DNA of 64,000 bases from an uncultured bacterium (GTDB lineage Bacteria; Krumholzibacteriota; Krumholzibacteriia; LZORAL124-64-63), in contig CAVSZB010000005.1 in assembly GCA_963732385.1 (NCBI GenBank), positions 39,742 to 103,741 on the forward strand, written 5' to 3'. Below are positions 36,054 to 46,055 of the stretch, in pieces. Position 1 is the stretch's first letter; each line of letters opens with the position of its first letter. Under the pieces are notes generated by a model. It saw nothing but the letters and a program-made list of their open reading frames with translations. It did not search any database and was not told the origin of the DNA. The position numbers and the translations under genes were made by a program.

Positions 36054-37400
36054 TCAGAAGTCGTACATCACATCGGGCTCGGGCGGCGCGATGGAGGCCC
36101 GGATCGTCAGCCGGGTCAGGAACGGGCTGTGCGTGTGGCCGATCACGTAGACGGCGAAGTTAGGATTGGCGACGTAGGCCAGCGCGGCGGTGGTCAGGTA
36201 GTAGTCGCGCCGGCTCGGATCCCACTGGCGTATGCTCGGGGTCGTGAACACGCGGTTCGTGATCGACTGGCCGCTGACGGCCCCGTCGCGGTTGGCGCTG
36301 TCGCAGCGGTGGCCGTGCTCGATGTACACGCCATCCGCGCGGTACTCGCGCCGGCGCGCCGGCACGCCGGGCGGCACGTGCGCGGCCAGGTAGCAGTCGT
36401 GGTTCCCCCACAGCCACGACTTGTGGCCGACCGCGAGGGAGTGCAGCCCCGTGATGGCCTCGGGGTTCACCGCCGCCGTCCGGCGCATCCAGTAGTCGAT
36501 GAACTCGACCGCCCCGAGGACCACCTCGCCGCCCCGGGCGCGCAGGTCCTGCAGCCGCACCTCGTGGGCGTCGCGCTCCTGGAAGAACCGGTCGAGGCCG
36601 ATCCACAGGTCGTACATGTCACCGGCCTGGACGAAGTGGATGCGGTCGCGCACGCCGGAGGCGCCGAGCAGCCGGGCGAAGAGCGCCAGGTCCGCCCCCG
36701 CGCCGCCGAAGATGTCCCCGGCAAGGTAGCGGTCGTACCAGGTCAGGACGCTGCCGGTGCGGTTCGGGTCGAAATCGAAGCGCCCCATCCGGTACTCCGG
36801 CTCGACCAGTTCCTGCCAGGCCACGAACTGGCCGCCCCGTTCGCCCCAGTGCTCCTGCGTGGCGGGGCGGCAGTCGACGAGCGGCAGGTGCAGGTCGCCC
36901 AGGATGACATGGACCTGGTCCCAGCTCACGGGGGCCCGGGACGGCGACCAGACGCGCTTGACGAGGCGGACGGAGCTGTGCGGCCCGCAGAGGGCCGCGA
37001 TCACGTCGTTCATGGGACGGGCATTGACGGCCACGGTCGGCGGCGCGCCGCCGGCGCGGCTGCGGAATTCGCAGAGCGCGACCCACTGTCCCCAGACGAG
37101 CCCGAAGCTCCGCTGGGGGTTGGACCCGTCGCCCCAGCGGCCGACATCCATGAACGCCAGCACCGGCGGCGAGGTGATGAGGGTGTTGACGACCTGCGCG
37201 TCGGTGCGGCCCCGCGCCACGCACACCTCGCCCTGGTAGGTCAGCTCGGTCCAGACCGTGGCGATCACGCCCTGCCACGTGTCGGGCCAGTCTCCGACCG
37301 GCGCGTCGCACCGGGAGAGGTGGCCCGTCTCGGTGAACGTCAACTCGGCCGTGACGTCGTCCGGAATGGTCTCGCCGTAGCCATTGGGAATGTCAGGCAT
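36054..37400 (-). CDS. Calcineurin-like metallophosphoesterase (448 aa), candidate T6SS effector
   Basis: Metallophosphatase motifs ILGDLHLP, GDMYDLW, GNHD, EHGHRCD and GHTHSP. No signal peptide. Flanked by LysM-PGB paralogs downstream of vgrG. Confidence 0.7.
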   Translation of the reverse strand: MPDIPNGYGETIPDDVTAELTFTETGHLSRCDAPVGDWPDTWQGVIATVWTELTYQGEVCVARGRTDAQVVNTLITSPPVLAFMDVGRWGDGSNPQRSFGLVWGQWVALCEFRSRAGGAPPTVAVNARPMNDVIAALCGPHSSVRLVKRVWSPSRAPVSWDQVHVILGDLHLPLVDCRPATQEHWGERGGQFVAWQELVEPEYRMGRFDFDPNRTGSVLTWYDRYLAGDIFGGAGADLALFARLLGASGVRDRIHFVQAGDMYDLWIGLDRFFQERDAHEVRLQDLRARGGEVVLGAVEFIDYWMRRTAAVNPEAITGLHSLAVGHKSWLWGNHDCYLAAHVPPGVPARRREYRADGVYIEHGHRCDSANRDGAVSGQSITNRVFTTPSIRQWDPSRRDYYLTTAALAYVANPNFAVYVIGHTHSPFLTRLTIRASIAPPEPDVMYDF

Positions 37401-37434
37401 GGGCCCTTCCTGCCACCGGCGGCGATCGTCCGCC

Positions 37435-38100
37435 TCAGGATCCGTGCTCCGCGGCCAATTTGTCGCGCGTCTTCTGGTCCGGCTCGCCCGTCGCCTCGAG
37501 ATCGCAGGCCCGCTGGAAGTCGCCGAGCGCGGCGCGCGTCGGCTCGTCCAGCGCGCCCGACGCCGGGCACGGATAGCCCAGGTTCTCGAGCCGCTGCTGA
37601 ACGCCGGTAAGCGACTCGACCGGATCGAGCCCGCTCAGCCGCAGCTCGAACGTCTGCTGGTCCTGCTCGTCCTGCCCCACGACCAGGGTGCCGCGCTGCG
37701 CGTTCGGCGGCACCGGCACCTCGACCACGCCATCGCCGTCGGTGCTGCCCTGACTCAGCCTGCCGTCGATGTTGAGCGTGTACGGCTCGTTCTTGCGCGG
37801 CTCGCCATCGCGCAGGATCCGCACGCGCAGCTTCGACGGCAGCCCCTTGCGGTGGAAGCGGTGCTTGCGGCCGTCGGCCCCGGGCTCCTGCTTCGGGCGC
37901 GGGTCGGGAACCTGCACGCGGTCGCCCGGCAGCAGCAGCGACGGGTCCTTGCGCTCCCGCTTGAGCTGCGCGTTGTCGGGGTGGTTCCAGAGGGTGTCGG
38001 GCAGGTAGCCGTGCGCCAGGGCGATGCTCTCGATGCACTCGCCCTGCTTCACGACGTAATTCCCGCCGCCCACCGGTTTCGCCGTCGCGCCGTCGGCCAT
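37435..38100 (-). CDS. LysM + PG_binding_1 protein, paralog 3
   Basis: The ATG abuts the vgrG stop with zero gap. YVVKQGECIESIALAHGY...LLPGDRVQVP plus C-terminal GVQQRLENLGY..ALGDFQRACDL. Confidence 0.7.
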   Translation of the reverse strand: MADGATAKPVGGGNYVVKQGECIESIALAHGYLPDTLWNHPDNAQLKRERKDPSLLLPGDRVQVPDPRPKQEPGADGRKHRFHRKGLPSKLRVRILRDGEPRKNEPYTLNIDGRLSQGSTDGDGVVEVPVPPNAQRGTLVVGQDEQDQQTFELRLSGLDPVESLTGVQQRLENLGYPCPASGALDEPTRAALGDFQRACDLEATGEPDQKTRDKLAAEHGS

Positions 38101-40419
38101 CTAGGCCTTCTCCCAGGTGTCCTGGTCCAGGTCGGGGAAGGTGATCTGGCAGTTGCCCGGCTCGATCCCCTCCACCCGCGCGAGCCCCTTCTCGTCGAGC
38201 GTGCCCTCGGCCGTGGAGCCGTCGGGCAGCTCGATCCGGTAGCGCTCGCCCGGCACCGGCTGGTTGTCGTCATCCACCAGTTCGATCTCGATCCAGCTCG
38301 TCTTGCGCGCCTTCTCCTCGGACGTCTTGGGCGGCTTGTGCGGCGTGACCTGCGTCATGGCGCCGGCCACCGCGTCGCCCGCGACGACCGCCGCGATCGG
38401 CACCGCCGGCGGCACCAGGCCGAGCGCGCTGATGGCGTCGGCCGCGGAGCCGGGACCCGAGTTGATCTTGGTCATCCCGCCGTCGATGGTGACGACCGAG
38501 CCCTTCAGCGTCACGCCGGCCGGATCGATGACCACGCTGTTGCCGCCGCACTTCAGGGTGATCTTCGTCATCCCCTCCACGACGATGCCCATCGCCTTCA
38601 GGTGCAGGTTCTGCCCCACCTCGGCGAAATAGTTCGCGTTGTAGGCCTCGCTCACGTCGCCCTTGACCTTCAGCGAGCGGCTGCCGCCGATCTCGATCGC
38701 CTCCTTGCCGACGACCTTGCGGTGGCGGTCCTTGCCGATCTCCTCGACGTGGTCGGCGCCCACCTTCTCCTGGCGGTTGTTGTCGACCTGCTCGATCTGG
38801 TCCTTCTTGACGTACAGGTGACGGTCGTTGCCGATCCACTCGCGGGCGTCGTTGCCGACGCGCAGATCCTCGTCCCGCTCGGCGCGCACGAACAGCTGCT
38901 CGGCGCCCTTCTTGTCCTCGAAGCGGATCTCGTTGAAACCGCCCCCGCCCTTGCTGGACAGGCTCTTGAGGGCCGACATCGTGGCGTTGGCCGGCAGGTC
39001 GTACGGCGGCATGGCGGCGCTGTTGTAGACCCCGCCGGTGATGAGCGGGCGGTCCGGATCCCCTTCCAGGAATTCGACCACCACCTCGTGTCCGATGCGC
39101 GGGATGAACAGCCCGCCCCACTGCTTGCCGGCCCACGGCTGGGCGACGCGGATCCAGCACGAGCTGGTCTCGTCGGCCTGGCCCTGCCGGTCCCAGTGGA
39201 ACTGCACCATCACGCGGCCGTGCTTGTCGACGTGGATCTCCTCCCCCTTGGGGCCGACCACGAAGGCGGTCTGCGGCCCGGGCACGCGCGGCTTGGGCGT
39301 CAGGCGCGCCGGCCGGTACGGCACCGCGTGGGGCATGCAGACGAAGCGGTTCTCGTACTTGCTGGTCCAGCGATCGATGGCGCCGCCGCTCTCGAACACC
39401 GCCTCCTGGGTCAGCTCGTGCCGCACCTCCGTCAGCAGGTAGCTCTGCGCGAAGTCGGCGCGGGGATGCTCCGCCAGGTCGAAGCGGTGGCCCGGCAGGA
39501 AGGCGCGGCAGTCGCTCTCGCCCCGCACCTGGACGGCCAGCTGGTCGCCCTCCTGGCGGCGCAGCTTGAGCCGGGCCTCGCCGAGGTTGAGCTTGCCGGC
39601 CTGCTCGGACCCCAGCGTGGCGTAGGCGCCGGGGTAGTCGAAGATCTCCAGCCGCCGGTCGCCCCCCTCGGGCACGGTGCTGTTGGCCGAAACCAGCAGG
39701 CTCGTGCCGGGATCCAGGAAGTTGAAATCGCACAGGCTGTAGGCGCCGGGCTGCAGCGTGTGCTCGGCCGTCCAGGCCCGCACCGAGTCGGTGTTCTCGT
39801 GCCGGTCGGCCCCCGGGTCGAAGCTGGCGATCGGCTGGTCGGGACAGGGGGGATTGCGGCCCGGCGCGTCGGCCAGCACCAGCTTGTGCATCGACGGGCC
39901 GTGCTCGAAGAAGTAGAAGATCCCCTCCTCCTCGAGCAGCCGCGACACGAAGCTGAAGTCCGACTCGCGGTACTGGACGCAGTAGACCCACGGCTCGTAG
40001 GTCCCGTCGAGCCGCAGCTCGAAATCGTTGAGCTTGAGCCCGGTGAACACCTTCTTGACGATGTCGGGCACGGTCTCATTCTGGAAGATGCGGCAGTCCG
40101 TGCGCCGCGTGAGCAGCCACGGCCACGGCACGAGCTCCGCGTGATAGACCGTCAGACGGCGGTCCGAACCGGCCTGCGCGAAGCGCGAGATCAGGCCATG
40201 GATGCGGCGCTTGCCGCCGTCGGCGAGCGCGATCTCGATCAGCGCCGGCTGGCCGATGAGGGCCTTGAAATCGATGGCGTCGTCCTCGGCCAGCAGCTCG
40301 AGCTGGAACTGGAACGGACGCGAAACGCCTTCCCAGCCCGTCAGCCGCCGCACCAGCAGCTTGTCCTCGCCCAGCGGCGTGCTGATGTTACAGATCCGGC
40401 CTTCCTGCTGGAAAAACAT
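38101..40419 (-). CDS. vgrG: T6SS spike protein VgrG (TssI)
   Basis: 772 aa. N-terminal gp27-like/gp5-like regions with canonical VgrG blocks (RLTGWEGVSRPFQFQLEL, VVEFLEGDPDRPLITGGVYN). Confidence 0.9.
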   Translation of the reverse strand: MFFQQEGRICNISTPLGEDKLLVRRLTGWEGVSRPFQFQLELLAEDDAIDFKALIGQPALIEIALADGGKRRIHGLISRFAQAGSDRRLTVYHAELVPWPWLLTRRTDCRIFQNETVPDIVKKVFTGLKLNDFELRLDGTYEPWVYCVQYRESDFSFVSRLLEEEGIFYFFEHGPSMHKLVLADAPGRNPPCPDQPIASFDPGADRHENTDSVRAWTAEHTLQPGAYSLCDFNFLDPGTSLLVSANSTVPEGGDRRLEIFDYPGAYATLGSEQAGKLNLGEARLKLRRQEGDQLAVQVRGESDCRAFLPGHRFDLAEHPRADFAQSYLLTEVRHELTQEAVFESGGAIDRWTSKYENRFVCMPHAVPYRPARLTPKPRVPGPQTAFVVGPKGEEIHVDKHGRVMVQFHWDRQGQADETSSCWIRVAQPWAGKQWGGLFIPRIGHEVVVEFLEGDPDRPLITGGVYNSAAMPPYDLPANATMSALKSLSSKGGGGFNEIRFEDKKGAEQLFVRAERDEDLRVGNDAREWIGNDRHLYVKKDQIEQVDNNRQEKVGADHVEEIGKDRHRKVVGKEAIEIGGSRSLKVKGDVSEAYNANYFAEVGQNLHLKAMGIVVEGMTKITLKCGGNSVVIDPAGVTLKGSVVTIDGGMTKINSGPGSAADAISALGLVPPAVPIAAVVAGDAVAGAMTQVTPHKPPKTSEEKARKTSWIEIELVDDDNQPVPGERYRIELPDGSTAEGTLDEKGLARVEGIEPGNCQITFPDLDQDTWEKA

Positions 40420-40441
40420 GGTGGCTCCTGTCGCTGGATCG

Positions 40442-43105
40442 TCAGGTCATCCGGTACTGGAACGTCCCCTGGTCCACGAGCACCTCGACGCGCGAGAACG
40501 GCTCGCTCGCCGCCATCCGCGTCAGAAACTCCACCGAGATCTGCGGCAACAGCGTCTGGGTGAGGATGTGATCGATGGCCCGGGCCCCGCTTTCCGCCTC
40601 GGTGCAGCGCGCGGCGATCGCCTCGAGCAGGTCGTCGCCATAGACGAAGTCGACCCGGTGGTTCTGCCGCACGCGGCGGGCGATCCGCCCGAGCTGCAGG
40701 CTGATGATGCGCCGCAGCGGCTCGCCCTGGATCGGATAGTACGGCACGACGACCATGCGTCCGAGCAGCGCGGCCGGGAACTGCCGCAGCAGCTCGGGGC
40801 GGATCGCGTCGGCCAGCCCTGCCGGCTCCGGGCAGGTCTCCGGGTCGGCGCACAGCTTCATGATCGTATCCGAACCGACGTTGGAGGTGAGCAGGATCAC
40901 GGTGTTCTTGAAGTCGATCTCCCGCCCCTGGCCGTCTTCGAGCATCCCCTTGTCGAACACCTGGTAGAACAGCTCCATCACGTCGGGGTGGGCCTTCTCC
41001 ACCTCGTCGAGCAGGACCACGGCGTACGGACGCCGACGCACCGCCTCGGTGAGCACGCCCCCCTCGCCGTAGCCGACGTAGCCGGGCGGCGCCCCCTTCA
41101 GGCTCGAAACCGTGTGCGCCTCCTGGTACTCCGACATGTTGATCGTGATCAGATTGCGCTCGCCGCCGTAGAGCGCCTCGGCCAGCGCCAGGGCGGTTTC
41201 GGTCTTGCCCACGCCGCTCGGACCGACGAGCAGGAAGACCCCCACCGGCCGCGACGGGTTGTCGAGGCCGGCGCGCGCGGTGCGGATCCGGCGCGCCACC
41301 GCCTCGAGGCCGTGGTCCTGGCCGATCACCCGCTCGCGCAGCCGGTCGCCGAGATTGAGCACGGTCTGGATCTCGTCGGCCACCATGCGGCCGGTCGGGA
41401 TGCCGGTCCAGCCGGAGATCACCTCGGCGATGGTCTGGTCGCTGACCTCGCAGCCGACGAGCGGCTGCTCCCCCTGGAGCCTGGCGAGCTGGCCGCGCAG
41501 CTTGTCCAGCTCGGCGCGCAGCTTCTTCTGCTCGGCGGCCTTGAGCGGCTCGCTCCCCTCCTCCCCCTCCAGCCGGGTGCGGACGGCCACGAGCTTGTCC
41601 ACCAGCTCCAGCTCCTGCTTCCAGCGCGTCTCCATCTCGGCCAGGCGCGTGGCGCTGTCGGCGCGGGCGGCGGCGATCTCGGCCAGCCGCTCCGCATGGT
41701 CGACGCCCAGGGCGCTCTCGCGCTGGAGGATGCGCGTCTCGGTGTCGAGCGCGTCGAGCCGCCGGTGGAGATCCTCCACCGGCGCCGGCGTGGCGCTGCG
41801 GCCGATGGCCACCCGCGCGCAGGCCGTGTCGAGCACGCTGACCGACTTGTCGGGCAGCTGGCGGGCCGGGATGTAGCGGTGCGACAGCTTCACGGAGGCG
41901 GACACCGCGCCGTCCAAAATGCGCACCCCGTGGTGCTTCTCGAGCTTCGGCGAGAGACCGCGCATCATCTCCACGGCGGAGCTTTCGGTCGGCTCGTCCA
42001 CCTTGACCACCTGGAACCGCCGCGACAGCGCGGGGTCCTTCTCGAAATAGCGTTTGTACTCCGCCCAGGTGGTGGCGGCGATCGTGCGCAGCTCGCCGCG
42101 CGCGAGGGCCGGCTTGAGCAGGTTCGCGGCGTCATTCTGCCCCTCCTGGCCGCCGGCGCCGATCATGGTGTGCGCCTCGTCGATGAACAGGATGATCGGC
42201 CGCGGCGACGTTTTGACCTCGGAGATGACCTGCTTGAGCCGGTTCTCGAACTCGCCCTTGACCCCGGCCCCGGCCTGCAGCAGCCCGAGATCGAGCGTGC
42301 GCAGCGCCACGCCCTGCAGGATCGGCGGCACGTCGCCCGCCGCGATGCGCAGCGCGAACCCCTCCACGACGGCCGTTTTGCCCACGCCGGCCTCGCCGGT
42401 CAAAATCGGGTTGTTCTGGCGGCGACGCGTGAGGATGTCGATGATCTGGCGGATCTCCGCGTCGCGCCCCAGGACCGGGTCGACGCGTCCGGCCTGCGCT
42501 TCGGCCGTGAGGTCGATCGTGAACTGGTCCAGGGCCGGCGTGCCGGCCCCGGCCACCGCGCCGGCGGCCCCGCCGGCCGCACCGGCGCCGCCGACCGGCG
42601 CGCCCGCGCCGAGCGCGAACACCTCGCGATCCTCGGGCGAGCCCGCCACGATCGCGGCGAACTCGTGCTCGAGCGTCTCGAGCTTGATGCGACGCAGGTC
42701 GGGCGAGGCGTCGAGCAGGCGGCGCTGCAGCTGCCGATCGCCGAGCGCCCCCAGCAGCAGGGCTCCCGAGCGCACCCGGGCGGTGCCGAGATTGATCGAC
42801 GAAAGCACCCACCCCTCCCGCATCACGTCCTCCAGGCTCGGCGAGAGCTGGGGCCGGCCGCCATTGCCGGTCTTGTACTGGTCGAGCGACCGCTCGAGGT
42901 CGCGCAGGAAGCGGTCAGGCTCGATCTCGAACCGGCGCAGGATGCGGTCGAAATCGCCGCCGGTCCCCTCGCCCAGCTTCATGAACCAGTGCTCGAGCTC
43001 CACCTCGTAGTGGGTGCGTGAAAGACAGAGCCCCGCCGCGCCCTCCAGCCCGCGCCGGGCATTGTCCGTCAGCTTCCCGACCAGCGACTTCAGGTTCAGA
43101 CTCAC
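40442..43105 (-). CDS. clpV: T6SS AAA+ ATPase ClpV (TssH)
   Basis: 887 aa. Two AAA+ modules (GEAGVGKTAVVEG; GPSGVGKTETALALAE) and a ClpV-type N-domain. Confidence 0.9.
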   Translation of the reverse strand: MSLNLKSLVGKLTDNARRGLEGAAGLCLSRTHYEVELEHWFMKLGEGTGGDFDRILRRFEIEPDRFLRDLERSLDQYKTGNGGRPQLSPSLEDVMREGWVLSSINLGTARVRSGALLLGALGDRQLQRRLLDASPDLRRIKLETLEHEFAAIVAGSPEDREVFALGAGAPVGGAGAAGGAAGAVAGAGTPALDQFTIDLTAEAQAGRVDPVLGRDAEIRQIIDILTRRRQNNPILTGEAGVGKTAVVEGFALRIAAGDVPPILQGVALRTLDLGLLQAGAGVKGEFENRLKQVISEVKTSPRPIILFIDEAHTMIGAGGQEGQNDAANLLKPALARGELRTIAATTWAEYKRYFEKDPALSRRFQVVKVDEPTESSAVEMMRGLSPKLEKHHGVRILDGAVSASVKLSHRYIPARQLPDKSVSVLDTACARVAIGRSATPAPVEDLHRRLDALDTETRILQRESALGVDHAERLAEIAAARADSATRLAEMETRWKQELELVDKLVAVRTRLEGEEGSEPLKAAEQKKLRAELDKLRGQLARLQGEQPLVGCEVSDQTIAEVISGWTGIPTGRMVADEIQTVLNLGDRLRERVIGQDHGLEAVARRIRTARAGLDNPSRPVGVFLLVGPSGVGKTETALALAEALYGGERNLITINMSEYQEAHTVSSLKGAPPGYVGYGEGGVLTEAVRRRPYAVVLLDEVEKAHPDVMELFYQVFDKGMLEDGQGREIDFKNTVILLTSNVGSDTIMKLCADPETCPEPAGLADAIRPELLRQFPAALLGRMVVVPYYPIQGEPLRRIISLQLGRIARRVRQNHRVDFVYGDDLLEAIAARCTEAESGARAIDHILTQTLLPQISVEFLTRMAASEPFSRVEVLVDQGTFQYRMT

Positions 43106-43137
43106 GAATCCCCTCCTCGCATCCGGGATCGTTGCGC

Positions 43138-44193
43138 TCAGGCCACGGCGCTTGCCGGCGCCTGCGCGTCGATGAGGATTTCCGCCGACGCCTCCCGCGT
43201 CCGCGCCGACTGGAGCCAGGTGGACCAGCCGAGCCAGGGCGCGCCGTGCGCGTCGGCCACGCCCAGGCGCAGGCCGGGCACCGCCTCGGGCCGCAGCACG
43301 AGCTGCAGGTCGAAATCGTGCTCCGCGCCGGCGCCCAGCCGCACCATCTCGACCAGCGGCCGGAAGGCCTGGCCGGTGGGCAGCAGCTCCTGGAACGCCG
43401 GCCAGTCGAGCGGGCCGAGGCGCAGCCGGAAGCGCGCCTGCGCCACCTGCACGCGGCCGCCGAGCGTCAGATCGCAGCCCAGCTGGTTCGCGTACCGGCC
43501 GAGCCGGCTGCGCTCCTCCTCACCGATGACATACCACTCGGGAACGAACTGCTCCACGGCGACCGGCACGCCGAAATAGCTCTCCAGCAGGTCCGCCAGC
43601 CCGACGGCGGTGACGCGACCGCGCCGGAACGCCGACGCCCGCGCCAGCAGGGCGCGCGCGTCGAACGGCAGCTCGTGCCCCGTGTCGGGCGCACCCAGAC
43701 CGAGCAGCGAGAGCAGAGCGCGCTCGAACACGCCCGGCTTGTCGCTGTCATCCCGTTCGTAGGTGATCGGAAAGCGGTACTTGGCCCAGGCGCGGTAGAA
43801 GAGCGAGACCAGCCGATGGTTGAACAGGTCGAAGAAGTCGCGCAGCGCCGTGTCGCGCTCACGCAGCCGGGTCAGCAGCAGCTCCACGTACGGCGTCGGC
43901 AGGCTGCCGAAGCTGGCGGGGGTGGCGAGGCCCATGAAGGCGACCGTGAGCTGCGCCGGCCCCTCGCCGGTCGGAGCGGTCACGGACCTGACGTCGCTTG
44001 GCGGGAAGGCCAGCGAGACATCGGAGAGGAAGCGAACCGTCTCGCGACGCGGATCGTCCCCTTCGCCGACAGGCACGGCTGCCGACGCCCCGAGCTGCAG
44101 CAGGCGCACCGCCTGGAAGAACTCGAAGCGGTATCCGTGCGCGAACAGCAGTTCGCTCAGGTCAGCGTGACTTGTCCGGCGCGAGGCGGCCAC
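43138..44193 (-). CDS. tssG: T6SS baseplate protein TssG
   Basis: N-terminal ELLFAHGYRFEFFQAVRLLQ matches the TssG/ImpH family. Overlaps the end of tssF. Confidence 0.8.
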   Translation of the reverse strand: MAASRRTSHADLSELLFAHGYRFEFFQAVRLLQLGASAAVPVGEGDDPRRETVRFLSDVSLAFPPSDVRSVTAPTGEGPAQLTVAFMGLATPASFGSLPTPYVELLLTRLRERDTALRDFFDLFNHRLVSLFYRAWAKYRFPITYERDDSDKPGVFERALLSLLGLGAPDTGHELPFDARALLARASAFRRGRVTAVGLADLLESYFGVPVAVEQFVPEWYVIGEEERSRLGRYANQLGCDLTLGGRVQVAQARFRLRLGPLDWPAFQELLPTGQAFRPLVEMVRLGAGAEHDFDLQLVLRPEAVPGLRLGVADAHGAPWLGWSTWLQSARTREASAEILIDAQAPASAVA

Positions 44194-46055
44194 CGCTTCA
44201 TCACCCCTTCCGCCTGGCGGCCGACGGCCACCGTCTGGGTGAACGAGTTCACCGTCGTGTAGAGCCCGAAGAAGCGCTCCAGGACCGACGCGAAGAGGAA
44301 CGCGCTGCTGCCGGCGTACTTCGCCTCGTCGAACTCCAGCGTGACCTCCAGGCCCCGCACGAACAGGCGTCCGCTGCCCGTCGCCACGCGCCTCAGCGCG
44401 CGCTGCGCGCGCACGCCGACCAGGCCGGAAATACGTTTGCGGGTCGCCTCGGAGTTGACGTAGTCGAGCAGCGAAAGCAGCTCCCGCAGCGCGACCGGAT
44501 CGCTGGCGGGCGTGGCGGATGACGCGCCGCCCTCCTCCTCGGTCGTGGCCTCGGGCGCCAGACCGGACAGCGAGAGATGGTTGAGCTGGAGCATCGACAC
44601 CAGACGCCAGTGTCCCTCGCGCCGCAGCGGCAGGCGCAAGGTGGGCGTCGGCTTGCGCAGGGCGCGGACCCGCGTCACGCCGGGCTGCCCTTCGATCTGG
44701 AAATCGCCGCGCTCGTCACCCAGGAGCAGGCCGGCCGGCACGTCGCGGTTGCTGCAGACGGCGCGGACCATCAGGGTCTCGCTCGGCATCTCCTGCAGCG
44801 GACGCCCGTTGCGGTCCGCCAGCATCAGGAACAGGTCCGTGCCCGGGTCGCCCTCCCGCGGCGACGGGCGTCGCGTGGCGCTCCAGAAGGCCGGCTCGTG
44901 CCCGCGCGGGTCGCCGTGACGCAACGAGTAGAAGGGGCGGTAGCTCGTGACCGCGCCCGTACCCGGCTCCACCGACTCCACATCCTGCACCGCGATGACC
45001 TCGTAGGCGTGAGCGGCGTGCAGGTCGGGAACGACCGCGTACTCCGACACGGCGTGGGTCAGCCGGATCGGCTCGGCCTGGTAGGGGAACAGGTTGACGG
45101 CGGGCGCGCAGCCGAGCCGCAGGCTCTCGGGACCGAGCGCGCTGGCCAAAGCGAGCGGCGGCTGTTCGAGCAGGACCAGCAGCTCGAGATCCGGTCCGCA
45201 ACCGGCGAGCACGTCGGGAGTCAGACCGGCGATGTCGACGAACAGGAACTTGTCGGGGAAACAGAAATAGTCCTGCAGCAGGCCGTAGCCGACCTGCGAC
45301 GCGGGCGTGCTTTCGAGCAGCATCTCGTCCGGGCCGAAGCCGACGGCCTGCAGCCGGTCGGGCGGCAGGAAACGGCCCGGCGTACGGCGCCCGGCCGGAG
45401 CGTTCGTGGCCTGGCCGTTCTGCACCAGCACGCCCAGAGGATTCCGCATCAACTGGCCGTAGAGCTGGTGGGCGATGTCGGGCGATCCGTCCACGAAGAA
45501 GCGCAGGGAGCCCAGCGGCAGTTGCGCGAAATTCTGCGCGCCGATCGTGCGCAGCCTGATGCGGATCGCGCCCGCCGCCCCGGCGGGAGCGCCGGGGTGA
45601 CCGCGATCCAGGGGCGCGACGTCCACGCCGGTCACCTGGATCGGCCAGAGCGTGACCGGGTAGCAGGTGCGGAACCGGCAGCGCACCCCGCCGACGGGGC
45701 GGGTGTGCAGCAGGGAGTGGCGCGGCAACCGGATGCCGGTCGTCGCCTCGGCGCGGCTGGCGTCGGGCGTGAACTGCGCGATGGTGAGCGAGGGCACCGG
45801 CGCGAGCAGCTGCGGGTAGAGCGCGCCCAGAAATGCATTGGTGATCTCGGGGAACTCGTCGTCGAGGCGCAGCTGCACGCGCGCCGTCAGGACCGCGAAC
45901 GCCTCGATCATCCGCTCCACGTGCGGATCCTCGCACCGGTCGGGCTCCAGGAGGAGCTGGCTGGCGATGCCGGGATGCTTGGCGGCGAACTCCGCCGCCA
46001 GGCGCCGGATGAAACGCAGTTCGCGCTCGTAGTACTGCTGCAATTCGTCGGACAT
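44157..46055 (-). CDS. tssF: T6SS baseplate protein TssF
   Basis: Starts MSDELQQYYERELRFIRRLAAEFAAKHPGIASQL. ATG at 46055 with a 1-nt ATGA overlap with tssE. The upstream 345 nt of the ORF frame are antisense read-through. Confidence 0.85.
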   Translation of the reverse strand: MSDELQQYYERELRFIRRLAAEFAAKHPGIASQLLLEPDRCEDPHVERMIEAFAVLTARVQLRLDDEFPEITNAFLGALYPQLLAPVPSLTIAQFTPDASRAEATTGIRLPRHSLLHTRPVGGVRCRFRTCYPVTLWPIQVTGVDVAPLDRGHPGAPAGAAGAIRIRLRTIGAQNFAQLPLGSLRFFVDGSPDIAHQLYGQLMRNPLGVLVQNGQATNAPAGRRTPGRFLPPDRLQAVGFGPDEMLLESTPASQVGYGLLQDYFCFPDKFLFVDIAGLTPDVLAGCGPDLELLVLLEQPPLALASALGPESLRLGCAPAVNLFPYQAEPIRLTHAVSEYAVVPDLHAAHAYEVIAVQDVESVEPGTGAVTSYRPFYSLRHGDPRGHEPAFWSATRRPSPREGDPGTDLFLMLADRNGRPLQEMPSETLMVRAVCSNRDVPAGLLLGDERGDFQIEGQPGVTRVRALRKPTPTLRLPLRREGHWRLVSMLQLNHLSLSGLAPEATTEEEGGASSATPASDPVALRELLSLLDYVNSEATRKRISGLVGVRAQRALRRVATGSGRLFVRGLEVTLEFDEAKYAGSSAFLFASVLERFFGLYTTVNSFTQTVAVGRQAEGVMKRWPPRAGQVTLT

